In this document: piece by piece, positions 8,558 through 18,903 of the stretch | Layout: each line of letters starts with the position of its first letter | Numbering within the stretch: the first letter of the stretch is position 1 | Source: an uncultured bacterium | GTDB taxonomy: Bacteria; UBA8481 | NCBI GenBank assembly: GCA_964499705.1 | Contig: CAZCME010000001.1 | Location: 197,243-261,242 of the forward strand | DNA length: 64,000 nucleotides | Direction of reading: 5' to 3' | Translations under genes and position numbers: made by a program | The notes under the pieces: generated by a model | Told to the model about the DNA's origin: nothing | The model's database searches: none | Seen by the model: only the letters and a program-made list of their open reading frames with translations

Positions 8558-10072
8558 ATGATTTCCACAATGAATTTCTCGAAAGTATCCGCACTTCTCC
8601 CGATTGCGATGATCATCCTGGTGATCGGTTGCCTGGCGCGCGCCGCGGCGACGGTGACCGTCGAATTCTACGATGGGTATGAGTACATCCTGACGTCCTG
8701 GGCGCTTTTCGGCCGGCATCTCTACATTTTTCCGCGCAATCTCCTCCTGAGCGCTTATCTCGGGCCCGTCTCCGTTCTCGCGTCGACGATCGGGGCCGAG
8801 AGCTCCCTTGTTCCTTATCACCTGGCTATGCTGGCGCTCAATCTCGCGGGCGTAATCACCATCGCGGCCTGGATCCGCAAGCTCATCCCCGAGCTCGGAT
8901 GGGCACCGGTCGTCTGCTGCGTTCTCCTGAACCGCCTCTTCCTGCATTATTCCATCTTCGCTCTCTCCGATCTCCCGGCGGCCCTTTCCGTCGCCTGCTG
9001 GTTTCTCGCGGAGTCGCGATTCCCCCTCGCGGATCGCCGCGGAAAATTATTTCGCCTTGCCGCGATGCTCATGGCGCTTCTGGGGCGACCTCAAACGGCG
9101 ATTATTCCCTTCGTTTCTCTCGCGGTCGAGGCGTGGAGGAATCGCTCCCGCTGCCGCGACGCCGCGGCGGTGATCGTGTCCGCGGGTATTCTCTACAACA
9201 TCGCGCAGGCCGGTTACTTTTCCGTGTTAAACGGCGTGTCTCTCGCGCGGGGATTCCGCGATCATGTCGATTTCCTTCTCTATTATCTCTCCACGAACAA
9301 GGCCGATCTCCGCTATCACCCCTGGTGGACGCTCCTCGGGAACTTCTATCTCATCCTCACGCTTCCCGGAGTATTTCTTCTGGTTGTTGGAATCGTTCTT
9401 CAGGGACGGGGCAAGCTCACGGCCGGAAACGCCGGCCCCCTGATCGGCTCCGGCGTCTTTCTCGTCTTCCTCCTGCTCTGCATTCCGAAGGAAGCGCGTT
9501 ATCTCGCGCCCCTCTGGCCTGCATTCGCGTATCTGCAGTGCATGGCCCTCGAGCGGATCGCGCGTGCGCGCGCGTCGGCCGCGACCGCTCTCCTTGCCGC
9601 GCTTTTTCTCGCCTGCTCCGTGGAGCTGAATCATCTGGAGCAGCCTTTCTATCGCGAGCATCTGCCGCGCCGCCTTGCGGAGACCATTCGCGCGTTTACG
9701 CGCACGAGCTCCGTCGTCTTCCTGAAGCCGATGACGGCGTTGTATCCTGCGGAGAACGAATTTCACTGGAGCGACAGCGCGTACTATGTCTATCACTGGG
9801 GAGTGCCCGCTTATGTTTTTCATGCGGGCCGGCTCGCGCGGTATGCCGGCCGAAGCGTCTCGTTCGAGCGCCGGGGATTTCCCGTGCCGGACGATCCGGA
9901 AATGCTGGCCGCCGAAGGCGAAGCCATGATCGTTCCCGCGGACAGGATTTATACGGCGGAGGCGCTTCCCCCCGTCATGCTTCCCGTGCACATGTTCCGC
10001 TGGGAGAAGCAGGCCGGCGATTCGACGATTAACCTGATTCGCGCGGATATTCCCCTTGCCGAGGCGCGGTGA
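8558..10072 (+). CDS. Multi-pass membrane protein, putative GT-C glycosyltransferase
   Basis: About ten TM segments, an acidic loop after TM1 (VEFYDGYEY), and a KEARYLAPLWP motif as in GT-C mannosyltransferase-like families. Start may be ATG 8570. Confidence 0.6.
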   Translation: MISTMNFSKVSALLPIAMIILVIGCLARAAATVTVEFYDGYEYILTSWALFGRHLYIFPRNLLLSAYLGPVSVLASTIGAESSLVPYHLAMLALNLAGVITIAAWIRKLIPELGWAPVVCCVLLNRLFLHYSIFALSDLPAALSVACWFLAESRFPLADRRGKLFRLAAMLMALLGRPQTAIIPFVSLAVEAWRNRSRCRDAAAVIVSAGILYNIAQAGYFSVLNGVSLARGFRDHVDFLLYYLSTNKADLRYHPWWTLLGNFYLILTLPGVFLLVVGIVLQGRGKLTAGNAGPLIGSGVFLVFLLLCIPKEARYLAPLWPAFAYLQCMALERIARARASAATALLAALFLACSVELNHLEQPFYREHLPRRLAETIRAFTRTSSVVFLKPMTALYPAENEFHWSDSAYYVYHWGVPAYVFHAGRLARYAGRSVSFERRGFPVPDDPEMLAAEGEAMIVPADRIYTAEALPPVMLPVHMFRWEKQAGDSTINLIRADIPLAEAR

Positions 10073-10084
10073 CCGCACCAGGAA

Positions 10085-11530
10085 CTATTCCCTCAAGCCG
10101 TCCTGGGGGATGACGAGACCGACCAGTTCAGGCAATGTGCCGTGTTCCCGCGGGCCGATGGGGACGCGCTGCGTTTCGTCGCGGGCATGGCGGAGGGCGG
10201 CATCCCAGAGCAGGCGCAGCATGCCGTATCGAGCTCCCCGATCCTCGAACAGGCGAAGCGGCGAAGGAACGGTCGTCGGATTTCCGGGGTCATGAGCGAC
10301 GGTGCCTTCTTCGGCGAGCGATTCCGCCAGGGTCATTGCCTGCGATCGCGAGAGGGATTGAAAGCGCAGGGCCGCCGCGAGCAGCGCCGCGGTGCCGTCG
10401 CGGCGGACATCGGGAGGCGCGGCGCGAGCCATGGTATTAAGGCGGGAGGATGTTTTCAGGAACGCGCCGCGATAATCGAGACCGACATTCGTCCCGCGGG
10501 AATCGTCGATGACGCGCGCCATGATTTCCGCCGAAGCGAGGGCATTCAACCAGAGCGATTCCACTTCGATCGGGTGACCGATCCTGACTTTTCCGGCAGG
10601 ATCGTTCCTCTCCCACCAGCTGGATCCCGCTTCCGTCACTTCCAGCAGGCCGTCCTCTTCGGCGCGGGCATCACGCGCGCTGGCGCGCAGCAGGGAATCA
10701 ACGATGTGAAGGGCGGCGGGCACATGATCGCGAACGTCGATGCCGCGTCGCAAGGCCGAGGAGAGCGTCAGCGTCCAGAAGAGCCGGCAATCGAGCGGCG
10801 CCTCCTTGACATGCGGAGCCAATTGCGCGATGAGAGACAGCATAGTGGATTCATGGAGACTGTCGGAGAGCACACCCATGACCATGAGCGCCTGCTCCGT
10901 GGTCGCGGGAGCTTCCCCGGCCGAGAGCCAGAGCGAAACTCCATCGAGGGACGGACAGGGAAGAGTCAGGATTCCCGGCGAAAGCAGGGCTTCTTCGTCC
11001 CCGGGGGCGGAAATGAGTCGAACGCGACGATACCAGGCCGGGTGCGGCTGATAACTTCCGTTCCCGGGAAATCCGATCACAATTTCCGGAATGCCCGGGT
11101 ACGGAGCGAATCGAACGTGGTTCCATCCCGGGATCGCGTCCGGACGGATCGCCTTGTTTTCAGAATGGAGCTCGCCGGATTTTCTGCCGGAAATCATCGG
11201 CCTGATTTCGAGTCGCGCATTTCCCTCGCTCAATCCGTCGATTCGATATTCCACCGCGAAGCCCGCGCGACCGGGCACGGGAATGATGCGTCGTGTCAGC
11301 GTGACTTCGTCGCATTGGAATCTCCAGCAGGGTTCGGGATCGCCGGTGAATGAGGCCATCCTTTCATGGCCGCGCGGGTGAATCGTGATGCGATCGGGCG
11401 TGGAGGAATCGAAGTAGATGACGGACGAGAGCGGGAAGCGTCTTTCTCTGCTTCCTGGACCGGAGAGAATCAGCCAGTCCTCCAGGTGATTGACGAGAAC
11501 CCACGTCGTTTCCTTCCGATGCGCGGACAA
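10085..11530 (-). CDS. Degenerate amylo-alpha-1,6-glucosidase / glycogen-debranching-enzyme homologue
   Basis: GDE_N-like segments (LEIRPMISGR...H, PAWYRRV, EEALLSPG) and GHPIEVESLWLNAL, which resembles the family's GKPVE..ALWYNAL. Shorter than usual. TTG start is uncertain. Confidence 0.55.
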   Translation of the reverse strand: MSAHRKETTWVLVNHLEDWLILSGPGSRERRFPLSSVIYFDSSTPDRITIHPRGHERMASFTGDPEPCWRFQCDEVTLTRRIIPVPGRAGFAVEYRIDGLSEGNARLEIRPMISGRKSGELHSENKAIRPDAIPGWNHVRFAPYPGIPEIVIGFPGNGSYQPHPAWYRRVRLISAPGDEEALLSPGILTLPCPSLDGVSLWLSAGEAPATTEQALMVMGVLSDSLHESTMLSLIAQLAPHVKEAPLDCRLFWTLTLSSALRRGIDVRDHVPAALHIVDSLLRASARDARAEEDGLLEVTEAGSSWWERNDPAGKVRIGHPIEVESLWLNALASAEIMARVIDDSRGTNVGLDYRGAFLKTSSRLNTMARAAPPDVRRDGTAALLAAALRFQSLSRSQAMTLAESLAEEGTVAHDPGNPTTVPSPLRLFEDRGARYGMLRLLWDAALRHARDETQRVPIGPREHGTLPELVGLVIPQDGLRE

Positions 11531-11637
11531 GAGCGCCTGATTGCGCCTTATGTTGGGGCCGGACGCGGTTCCGCAGGAGAGGATTCCACGCGCGGAGACC
11601 GACCACTCGCGTCGAATCCCGTCCTGGAAGTCGATGG

Positions 11638-13026
11638 TCAGCCCCGTCCGGCCCTCTTGTAAAGAGCCGTGGCATTCCGATTATGCCTTTCGATGAGCGA
11701 TTTCAGATCGAGCGTCGTGAGCTCCCCGTTCCGGACGACGATCCGCCCGTTGATGACGGAAAAGTCGACGGTGTCCGTATGGCACAGCAGCAGCGCGCCC
11801 GCCGGATCGCTCTGGGCGCCCGCATACCAGAGTTTCCGCATGTCGACACCTATGAGATCCGCCGCGGAATTTTCCCCTAGCCACCCGATGTCTTCGCGCA
11901 TCAGAACCTCGGCTCCGCCGCGCGTCGCGACCCGCATCGCGTCGGTCACGGTCATGGCGTCCGCGCCCTTGGTGACCCTTTGCAGCAGGAGGCTCTGGCG
12001 CATCTCGTCGATCATGTGCGAGGAATCGTTCGAAGCGGAACCATCCACGCCGAGGCCGACCTTGACTCCGGCGCGCAGCATTTCCGTGATCGGCGCGATG
12101 CCGGAAGCGAGACGCATGTTGGATGTCGGGCAGTGCGCGATGCCGCAGCGGCATTTCGCGTACCGCCGAATTTCGTCGTCATTCACCCATACGGAATGCG
12201 CGAAGATGGAACCTTCCCGCAGCCAGCCGACGCTCTCGATGTAATCGACGGGTCGCAATCCGAACATCTTCCGGCAGAAATCTTCTTCATCCTCCGTTTC
12301 CGCCAGGTGCGTGTGCAGGGTCAGTTTTTTCTCAGCCGCGAGCTCGGCGGTCTGTCGCATGATTTCCGACGTCACGGAAAACGGCGAGCAGGGTGCCGGA
12401 ACCACGCGCAACATGGAATAGGCGGCAGGATCGTGATATTGGGAAATGACTTGGGACGTATGAGCGAGAATTTCGCGATCCGTCTGGACGACGGAATCCG
12501 GAGGAAGACCGCCGTCCTTCCGGGAGAGGCTCATGGAGCCGCGCGTCAGGTGCAGCCTCAATCCCGTTTCCCGGACGCCCTCGACTTCCGCGTCGAAAAA
12601 GGAATTGTCGCCCTTCGGGAAGACATAGAAGTGATCCAGCGCGGTCGTGCATCCGGAGAGAATCAACTCGCTGGCGGCGATCGCCGCGGCGTCCCGGAGA
12701 TCCTCCGGGGTCATCTCCGCCCAGATGTCGTACAGATACACCAGCCAGTCGAAGAGCTTCGCGTTGGCGACCGCCGGGAGATTCCTGGTCAATGTCTGGT
12801 AGAAATGATGATGGCAGTTCACAAGACCCGGCATGACAAGATGATTCGACGCGTCGATCACTTCGAGTTGGGAATCCACGGGAAGAACCTGGCCGGCCGG
12901 GATGACGCTCTCGACGCGTGGGCCGTGGACCAGGATGGAGGACCCCGAGGAGTGATTGCAGCGATCGTCCTTCATGGTGACGAGATGACGGATATTCTTG
13001 ACGAGGATCTTCCGTTCGAGTGTCAT
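11638..13026 (-). CDS. Amidohydrolase of the 8-oxoguanine deaminase / AtzB-like subfamily
   Basis: Motifs PGLVNCHHHFYQTLTR, GCTTALDHFY, APCSPFSV, HTHLAET, HCPTSNMRLASG and GVDGSASND. Confidence 0.88.
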   Translation of the reverse strand: MTLERKILVKNIRHLVTMKDDRCNHSSGSSILVHGPRVESVIPAGQVLPVDSQLEVIDASNHLVMPGLVNCHHHFYQTLTRNLPAVANAKLFDWLVYLYDIWAEMTPEDLRDAAAIAASELILSGCTTALDHFYVFPKGDNSFFDAEVEGVRETGLRLHLTRGSMSLSRKDGGLPPDSVVQTDREILAHTSQVISQYHDPAAYSMLRVVPAPCSPFSVTSEIMRQTAELAAEKKLTLHTHLAETEDEEDFCRKMFGLRPVDYIESVGWLREGSIFAHSVWVNDDEIRRYAKCRCGIAHCPTSNMRLASGIAPITEMLRAGVKVGLGVDGSASNDSSHMIDEMRQSLLLQRVTKGADAMTVTDAMRVATRGGAEVLMREDIGWLGENSAADLIGVDMRKLWYAGAQSDPAGALLLCHTDTVDFSVINGRIVVRNGELTTLDLKSLIERHNRNATALYKRAGRG

Positions 13027-13110
13027 GCGGATAGATTATCGCGACCGCGGAGCGGCGCAAGAGAAGAACGCGGCCGGAAGAACCGCAAGGTTATTCACGT
13101 TGTCGCTCGG

Positions 13111-14649
13111 TCAGGGAGAAGACGGGTCGAGGCTCATTCGCAGGTCGAATAACGCGCGCGCTCCGACGCTGTCGCCCATGGCCGCGCGGAGATTGCAGAG
13201 GTTCTCGATGAGCTTGATATTGCGAGGGTCGATCTCCAGTCCCGCAGCATAGGCTCGCGACGCCTCCTCGTATAGCCTCTGCTCGGTCAGGATCACCCCG
13301 CGCACATGAAAGATCGTGACGTCAGCCGGATTCAGGAGCATAGCCTTGTCCAGTTCCTCATGCGCTTCCGGAAACCGGCTTCGTTCCGCCAGGGCCATGG
13401 CGAGATTCCTGTGCGACACGATATCGGAACCGACGATCTCCATGTTCCTCCGGAACAGGATCACGCTGTCGCGCCAGTACGAAGTCTCCTGATAGCCGCA
13501 GGCCGCCAGAGCCAGAATGAGTCCCGCGCAGGCTCCGCGCAGGGGCAGGCGCCATTCGCCCCGGACCCGCGCATGAACTTCCCACGCGATGAAGATGTAG
13601 ATTCCCAGCATCGGGAGATATGTGAAGCGGTTGGCGTTGGCCATGAAGACGTTGCCGATCATGAGCCCGACTGATGTCAGATACCAGAGCCAGCCGACGA
13701 TGCGATGGGGATGACTGCGCCTCTTGCTCCATGAGACATGCGTGATTCCGCCCAGAAGGCTGAGCGTCACGACGAGCCGCCACAGCGAGGGCGGCTCGGA
13801 AGGATACGGATAATATGCCGCGTAACCGAACGGAATCACCAGGCGCTCCAGGTAGACGACGAGCGAGGACAGGGCATTCGTGATGTGAATCCATCCCGAG
13901 GAAGACCACAGGGGAAAGGTTTTGTAGGAGCGCACCGTGATGATTCCATCGACGAGGGAAAGGATGAGCAGCGGCAGGAGAGGAAGGATCGCGGCGCGCC
14001 AGGACGCGATCCCGCACAGTCGCTCGCCTTCCTTGATCGGCCAGTAGTTCAGAATCAACATGAGGATCGGAAGCGTGACGGTCATGGGCTTGGCCAGGAT
14101 GCTAAGGACAAACCACGCCGCGACCGCGATCCAGCGCAGGCCGGAGGGATTTCGCCGGAAGCGGACGTAGGAGTGAAGCGACAGGAGCCCGAAGAACTGA
14201 GACAGAACATCCTTTCGTTCGATGATCCACGCGACGGATTCCGCATGCAGGGGATGAACGGCGAAGAGCGCGGCGGCGAATGCCGAGGGTGCGACCGCGG
14301 ACGTCAGGGATGTCAGCAGGGAGAAGAAGAGAAAAACATTGGCGGCATGCAGCGCAAGATTGACGAAGTGGTGGCCGACGGGATCGAATCCGAAAATGGT
14401 CACATCCAGCAGTCGTGAAAGGTTCGTGACGGGGATCCAGTATTCCGAACGGATGGAAGGTCGCGCCAGGTTGTCGATCCAGGCCCAGCGAAAGGATTCC
14501 GGCGTAAGTCCATGAAGCATGTGGGGGTTTTCCAGGATGTAGAATGTGTCGTCGAACGTGATGAAGGTGAAGTCGATCGTCTGAACGTAGACAGCCAGCA
14601 CGAGTAGCAGGAGGACCAGGCCGATCAGCCGCGTCGAGCTTCTCCGCAT
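13111..14649 (-). CDS. TMTC-like membrane protein with C-terminal TPR (putative GT-C protein O-glycosyltransferase)
   Basis: FDD loop (TFDDTFYILENPH), HHFVNLALHAAN, LFAVHPLHAESVAWIIERKDVLS and ANRFTYLP, followed by TPR helices. Confidence 0.8.
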   Translation of the reverse strand: MRRSSTRLIGLVLLLLVLAVYVQTIDFTFITFDDTFYILENPHMLHGLTPESFRWAWIDNLARPSIRSEYWIPVTNLSRLLDVTIFGFDPVGHHFVNLALHAANVFLFFSLLTSLTSAVAPSAFAAALFAVHPLHAESVAWIIERKDVLSQFFGLLSLHSYVRFRRNPSGLRWIAVAAWFVLSILAKPMTVTLPILMLILNYWPIKEGERLCGIASWRAAILPLLPLLILSLVDGIITVRSYKTFPLWSSSGWIHITNALSSLVVYLERLVIPFGYAAYYPYPSEPPSLWRLVVTLSLLGGITHVSWSKRRSHPHRIVGWLWYLTSVGLMIGNVFMANANRFTYLPMLGIYIFIAWEVHARVRGEWRLPLRGACAGLILALAACGYQETSYWRDSVILFRRNMEIVGSDIVSHRNLAMALAERSRFPEAHEELDKAMLLNPADVTIFHVRGVILTEQRLYEEASRAYAAGLEIDPRNIKLIENLCNLRAAMGDSVGARALFDLRMSLDPSSP

Positions 14650-14703
14650 CGCCTGACCGTTACTGGTGACTTCTGCTATTTGCCTTTTTCCTTTTGACTT
14701 CTC

Positions 14704-17178
14704 TCACGCCTTGACCAGCGGCCTTGTCCCTGACGACTCCTTCTCCGCCGCCTTCTTCTTCAGCTCCGCGAGAATTCGCTCCGGAGTGAACGGGATCGAG
14801 CGGAGCTCGATGCCGCAGGCATCACGGAGCGCGTTGGCGATCGCGGGCGCGGCGCCGTTGATGTTGATCTCGGAGACCGACTTGGCGCCGAACGGACCCG
14901 TGGGCTCGTAGGACGGCGCCAACCACGATTCGATCGGCGGGATGTCGCGCGTCGAGCAGATCTTGAAGTCGCTGAAGGAGCCGTTCAGCATCCTACCGCC
15001 TTCATCGAAGGCATACTGTTCCGTCAGGGCGTACGAAATGCCGTTCGCGACGGCGCCTTCGACCTGGCCTTCCGCCAGCTTCGGGTGGATCGCCGTTCCG
15101 CAGTCGCAGCAGGCGACATACTTCAACACCTTCAGAAAGCCCGTCTCCAGGTCGACCTCGATCTCCACGAAGTGCGCGGCGAACGGCGGAGGGGACTCGG
15201 ACGAGAAATTGGAGCCATGCGCCATGGGCTGGCGCTGGTTCTGGCTGTACAGGGCGCGCAGGCAGATCTGGGGGAACGAAACCTTGCGCTTTCCATCCAG
15301 CGTGACAACCGAGCCCGCTTTGACTTCGAGATCCTGCGGATCCACGGTCAGCATTTCGGCCGCGATGTTCACGATCTCATCCTTCATCCTCGTCGCCGCG
15401 CGCTTGACCGCGTTGCCGGTTATATACGTGGTCGAGGAGGCATAGGCGCCGACGTCGAAGGGCGTCACGTCCGTGTCCGAGGACGTCACGATCACCCGGT
15501 CATGGGGAATGGTGAGGACTTCGGAGGCGATCTGGGCGAAGACGGTGTCCGATCCTGTCCCGAGATCCGTGGCTCCGACGAGCAAGTTGAAGGATCCGTC
15601 CTCGTTCATCTTTATAAACGCCGAGCCCATGTCGATGTCGGGAATGCCCGATCCCTGCATGAGAGCGCACATGCCGACGCCGCGGACTTTCGAGCCGTCG
15701 CGGAATCTTTTTCCGCGCTTACCGTTCCAGTCGATCTTCTCCATGCCGGTCATGATGCAAGCCTCGAGCTTGACGGATCGGAGCGTCTGAGCCGTTCCTT
15801 CCTTGCCTTCTCCCAGCGCCGCGAAGACGGGCGATGTTTCCCCCTCCCGGATGTGGTTCTTCAACCGGATCGCGCACGGGTCCATGCCCAGCACGCCCGC
15901 CAGCCTGTCCATGAGGACTTCGATCGCGAACGCGGCCTGCGTTCCTCCGTATCCGCGGTAGGCGCCGCCGATGGGCAGATTCGTGTAGACGGAACGGCCG
16001 TGAAAGCGGACGCCTTTCGTCTTGTTGTACAGGGGGAGCGATTTGGATCCGGCGCAGGAGAGGACGGTCAGGGCGTGGGAGCCGTAGGCACCCGTGTTCT
16101 GGATCGCGTCCATGTCGATCGCATGGATCATGCCGTCCTTCTTCGCGCCGATGCGGTATTTCACGATGAACGGATGACGCGTGCGAGAGAAGACGAAGAC
16201 TTCGCTCCGTGTCATGACGAACCGGCAAGGCCGCCCGGTGCGCAACGTCACGGCTCCGACGATGTACTCGAGAATGACCTCCTGCTTCGATCCGAAGCCG
16301 CCGCCTATGCGAGGTTTGATGATGCGGATCCTTCTCTCGGGAATCTGCAGAACGCGTGCCGTGATGCGGCGCGCGTGCCAGGGAACCTGCGTCGTCGTGC
16401 GGATGACAAGGCGATGATTTTCGTCCAGCCAGGAGATTGACGCATGCGGTTCAATCGCGCAATGCTGGGCATAGCCCAGGTCGAAACGCCCTTCGATGAC
16501 GACGTCGCTTTCCTTGAAGGCTTCCTCGATCGTCTGCGCGTCCGGCAGTTCCGCGAGCATTTCGCAGGCGATGTTGCGGTTGGGATTGGAGCCGAGGACT
16601 CCGTTGAAATCCGCCTGGTCATGGATGACGGGCGCCCCGGGTTCCATGGTCGCCTCCGCGTCGAAGACGGGCTCCAGCACTTCATACTCCACCTTGATCT
16701 TCCTCGTGGCTTCGATCGCTTCGCGCTCCGATTCGGCCGCGACGATGGCGACCTTGTCGCCGACGAGCCGGACCTTGCAATCAAGCAGAACCGAGTCGTA
16801 GGGGGAGGGCTCCGGATATCCCTGGCCCGCCGTCGTGTGCGTGACGCGAGGAACTCGCCACGTGATGACGTTCTCCTGTCTTGTCGTCACCTTGACCGGA
16901 TCGGGAGGGACGAGGATGCAGCGGACTCCAGGCATGGCTTCGGCGGCGGAGACGTCGATGGAGAGCACGCGCGCGTGCGCGTGGGGCGAAGCGAGGATTT
17001 TCGCGTAGAGCATGTGCGGCAGCATGATGTCGTCGACGTAGGCGGGACGGCCGGCGGCCAGGCCCGGCCCGTCCACCTTGCGGACATTCTGGGCGACCTG
17101 AGAGAAGGTCTTCGGATCGAGCGTGACCGGCTCGGCCTTTTCCGGCGGGAACTCCGGGCGAAACGTATCGTGACTCAT
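14704..17178 (-). CDS. Xanthine dehydrogenase-family molybdopterin-binding large subunit
   Basis: 824 aa. Motifs SPHAHARV, HCAIEPH, GGGFGSKQE, AYRGYGGTQ, DLGTGSDT, YASSTT and GPFGAKSVSE. Confidence 0.93.
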   Translation of the reverse strand: MSHDTFRPEFPPEKAEPVTLDPKTFSQVAQNVRKVDGPGLAAGRPAYVDDIMLPHMLYAKILASPHAHARVLSIDVSAAEAMPGVRCILVPPDPVKVTTRQENVITWRVPRVTHTTAGQGYPEPSPYDSVLLDCKVRLVGDKVAIVAAESEREAIEATRKIKVEYEVLEPVFDAEATMEPGAPVIHDQADFNGVLGSNPNRNIACEMLAELPDAQTIEEAFKESDVVIEGRFDLGYAQHCAIEPHASISWLDENHRLVIRTTTQVPWHARRITARVLQIPERRIRIIKPRIGGGFGSKQEVILEYIVGAVTLRTGRPCRFVMTRSEVFVFSRTRHPFIVKYRIGAKKDGMIHAIDMDAIQNTGAYGSHALTVLSCAGSKSLPLYNKTKGVRFHGRSVYTNLPIGGAYRGYGGTQAAFAIEVLMDRLAGVLGMDPCAIRLKNHIREGETSPVFAALGEGKEGTAQTLRSVKLEACIMTGMEKIDWNGKRGKRFRDGSKVRGVGMCALMQGSGIPDIDMGSAFIKMNEDGSFNLLVGATDLGTGSDTVFAQIASEVLTIPHDRVIVTSSDTDVTPFDVGAYASSTTYITGNAVKRAATRMKDEIVNIAAEMLTVDPQDLEVKAGSVVTLDGKRKVSFPQICLRALYSQNQRQPMAHGSNFSSESPPPFAAHFVEIEVDLETGFLKVLKYVACCDCGTAIHPKLAEGQVEGAVANGISYALTEQYAFDEGGRMLNGSFSDFKICSTRDIPPIESWLAPSYEPTGPFGAKSVSEININGAAPAIANALRDACGIELRSIPFTPERILAELKKKAAEKESSGTRPLVKA

Positions 17179-17702
17179 CGTGATGCTCCTGCGCCTTCCG
17201 AGGCGCGCGCGTTACAGGCGTTCCCGCCGCGCATTTCTTCCGCGGCGGCGCGAACGGCGTCGAAGATCTTGACGTACCCGGTGCAGCGGCAGAGGTTTCC
17301 GTCCAGAGCGCGGCGAATATCGGCGTCGGTCGGCGAGGGATTCTCATTCAGCAGAGCCACGCTCGACATCACCATTCCCGGTATGCAGAAGCCGCATTGA
17401 ACCGCCGCGGAACGGACGAAATTCTCCTGGACCGCATGAAGAACGGCCTGGCCCGTGGAGACGTCGCGGCCGGCGAGGCCCTCGATTGTCTGGAGCGATT
17501 GCCCGTCCAGGGAGGCGGTGAAGACCTGGCATGCGTTCACGGCCGTGCCGTCGATCCGCACGGTGCAGGTGCCGCAGTCGCCCGTGTTGCATCCGCGCTT
17601 GGTGCCGTACCACCCGAGCCGCCGCAAAGTCTCGATGAGAACCTCGCCCGGGTGGATATCCCACGCAACCGGCGTGTCGTTGAACGTGAATGATACCTTC
17701 AT
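17175..17702 (-). CDS. Xanthine dehydrogenase-family (2Fe-2S)-binding small subunit
   Basis: Both clusters present: GCNTGDCGTC...C, and QCGFCIPG...GNLCRCTGY. Confidence 0.93.
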   Translation of the reverse strand: MKVSFTFNDTPVAWDIHPGEVLIETLRRLGWYGTKRGCNTGDCGTCTVRIDGTAVNACQVFTASLDGQSLQTIEGLAGRDVSTGQAVLHAVQENFVRSAAVQCGFCIPGMVMSSVALLNENPSPTDADIRRALDGNLCRCTGYVKIFDAVRAAAEEMRGGNACNARASEGAGASR

Positions 17703-17751
17703 GAAACCTACCTGCCTTTTCCGATGAAAAATGTGAAACGCGAATGCTTGT

Positions 17752-18051
17752 TCATGACGAAGTTTCCGCCGGTTTTACCTTGTCCTTCACGATGACTTCC
17801 CCCGTCTTCTTGTTGCGATAGACGATGCCGTCGATGGTCCGGACGCATTGCCCTTCGACCGATCCGGAAAAAATCTGGCAGGAATGGATGTTTTCCCCGT
17901 CGAGCGTCACGATGCAGACTCCGCAGTCGCCCGTGTTGCATCCGCGCTTCGCCGAGTAATGCCCCTCCATCTTGAGCGTCTCGAAAAATGTTTCGCCGGG
18001 GTGAACATCCCATGTGACCTGGTCTCCATTGAGCGTGAACGCCACCTTCAC
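17752..18051 (-). CDS. Stand-alone single-domain [2Fe-2S] paralog of the small subunit (99 aa)
   Basis: GCNTGDCGVC...SC keeps all four Cys of the first cluster. The ORF ends before the CGFC/CRC domain. GTG start 15 nt after the FAD-subunit stop. Confidence 0.7.
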   Translation of the reverse strand: MKVAFTLNGDQVTWDVHPGETFFETLKMEGHYSAKRGCNTGDCGVCIVTLDGENIHSCQIFSGSVEGQCVRTIDGIVYRNKKTGEVIVKDKVKPAETSS

Positions 18052-18066
18052 CAGTTCTGTTCCACA

Positions 18067-18903
18067 CTAGCGCGCCCGCGCCACGAGATCGAGCAGGCAG
18101 CGTCGAGCGAGCACTTTTGTCAATTCGTTCCGGTATTCGCCGGACGCTCGGAAATCGGAAGCGGCCTCCACATTGATTTCGCGCGTGGCGATGCCGACGA
18201 GATCCGCGCTCAGCTTGTTATCCACGAGATTCTTCTCCACGGCGTCCAGTCTTATCGGCAGCGATGCCACTCCTCCCACCGCGACGCGGGCATGGGAGAT
18301 GCTGTTGCCGACCAGGTCGAGGCGCACGGCGACATCGACAATGGAGATGTCCGTTTCCGTCCTGGCGACGCGGAGGTAGGCGCCGCATCCGCCCGAGGGA
18401 ACCCGGAGTTCCTTGATGATAGATCGCTGAGCCGCCTTGGCCGGGCCCGTGGTGAAGAACTGATCGATCGACAGGGTCTTCTCGCCGGCCGGACCGACGA
18501 TCACGACTTCGCCTCCGACCGCCAGCAACGCCGTCGCGATATCGGCCCACGAGGATGCTGAAATGAGGATGCCTCCGAGCGAAGCCCGGTTACGCTGCAC
18601 TTCGGCAAGATAGTTCGAGGCCGCCCGGGCGACAATGCCGTCGGCGATCTGCGCGAGCCCTTCGTAGCGGATCGCGTCCGTCGGCCGGCATCGGGAGCCC
18701 AGGACGATCGAGTTTTTTTCGGTTCGGATGTGGTCGAGGCCGAGATTTCGGAGGTCCACGAGGCCGTCGATGCCGGGGGCCTGGGATAATGCCAGCTGCG
18801 TGCCGCCTCCGAGCACCACATTGCGTTCGGAATCGGAGGAGAGCAGCTGGACGGCTTCGCTGATTTCGGTCGGACGATAATAATTCTTCACATTGGGCAG
18901 CAC
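18067..18903 (-). CDS. Xanthine dehydrogenase-family FAD-binding subunit (CoxM/XdhB-like)
   Basis: YYRPTEISEAV, VLGGGTQL, RNRASLGG, ASDFRASGEYR. GTG 18903 chosen because GGAGG lies 9 nt upstream; the track's TTG 18912 is the alternative. Confidence 0.9.
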   Translation of the reverse strand: MLPNVKNYYRPTEISEAVQLLSSDSERNVVLGGGTQLALSQAPGIDGLVDLRNLGLDHIRTEKNSIVLGSRCRPTDAIRYEGLAQIADGIVARAASNYLAEVQRNRASLGGILISASSWADIATALLAVGGEVVIVGPAGEKTLSIDQFFTTGPAKAAQRSIIKELRVPSGGCGAYLRVARTETDISIVDVAVRLDLVGNSISHARVAVGGVASLPIRLDAVEKNLVDNKLSADLVGIATREINVEAASDFRASGEYRNELTKVLARRCLLDLVARAR

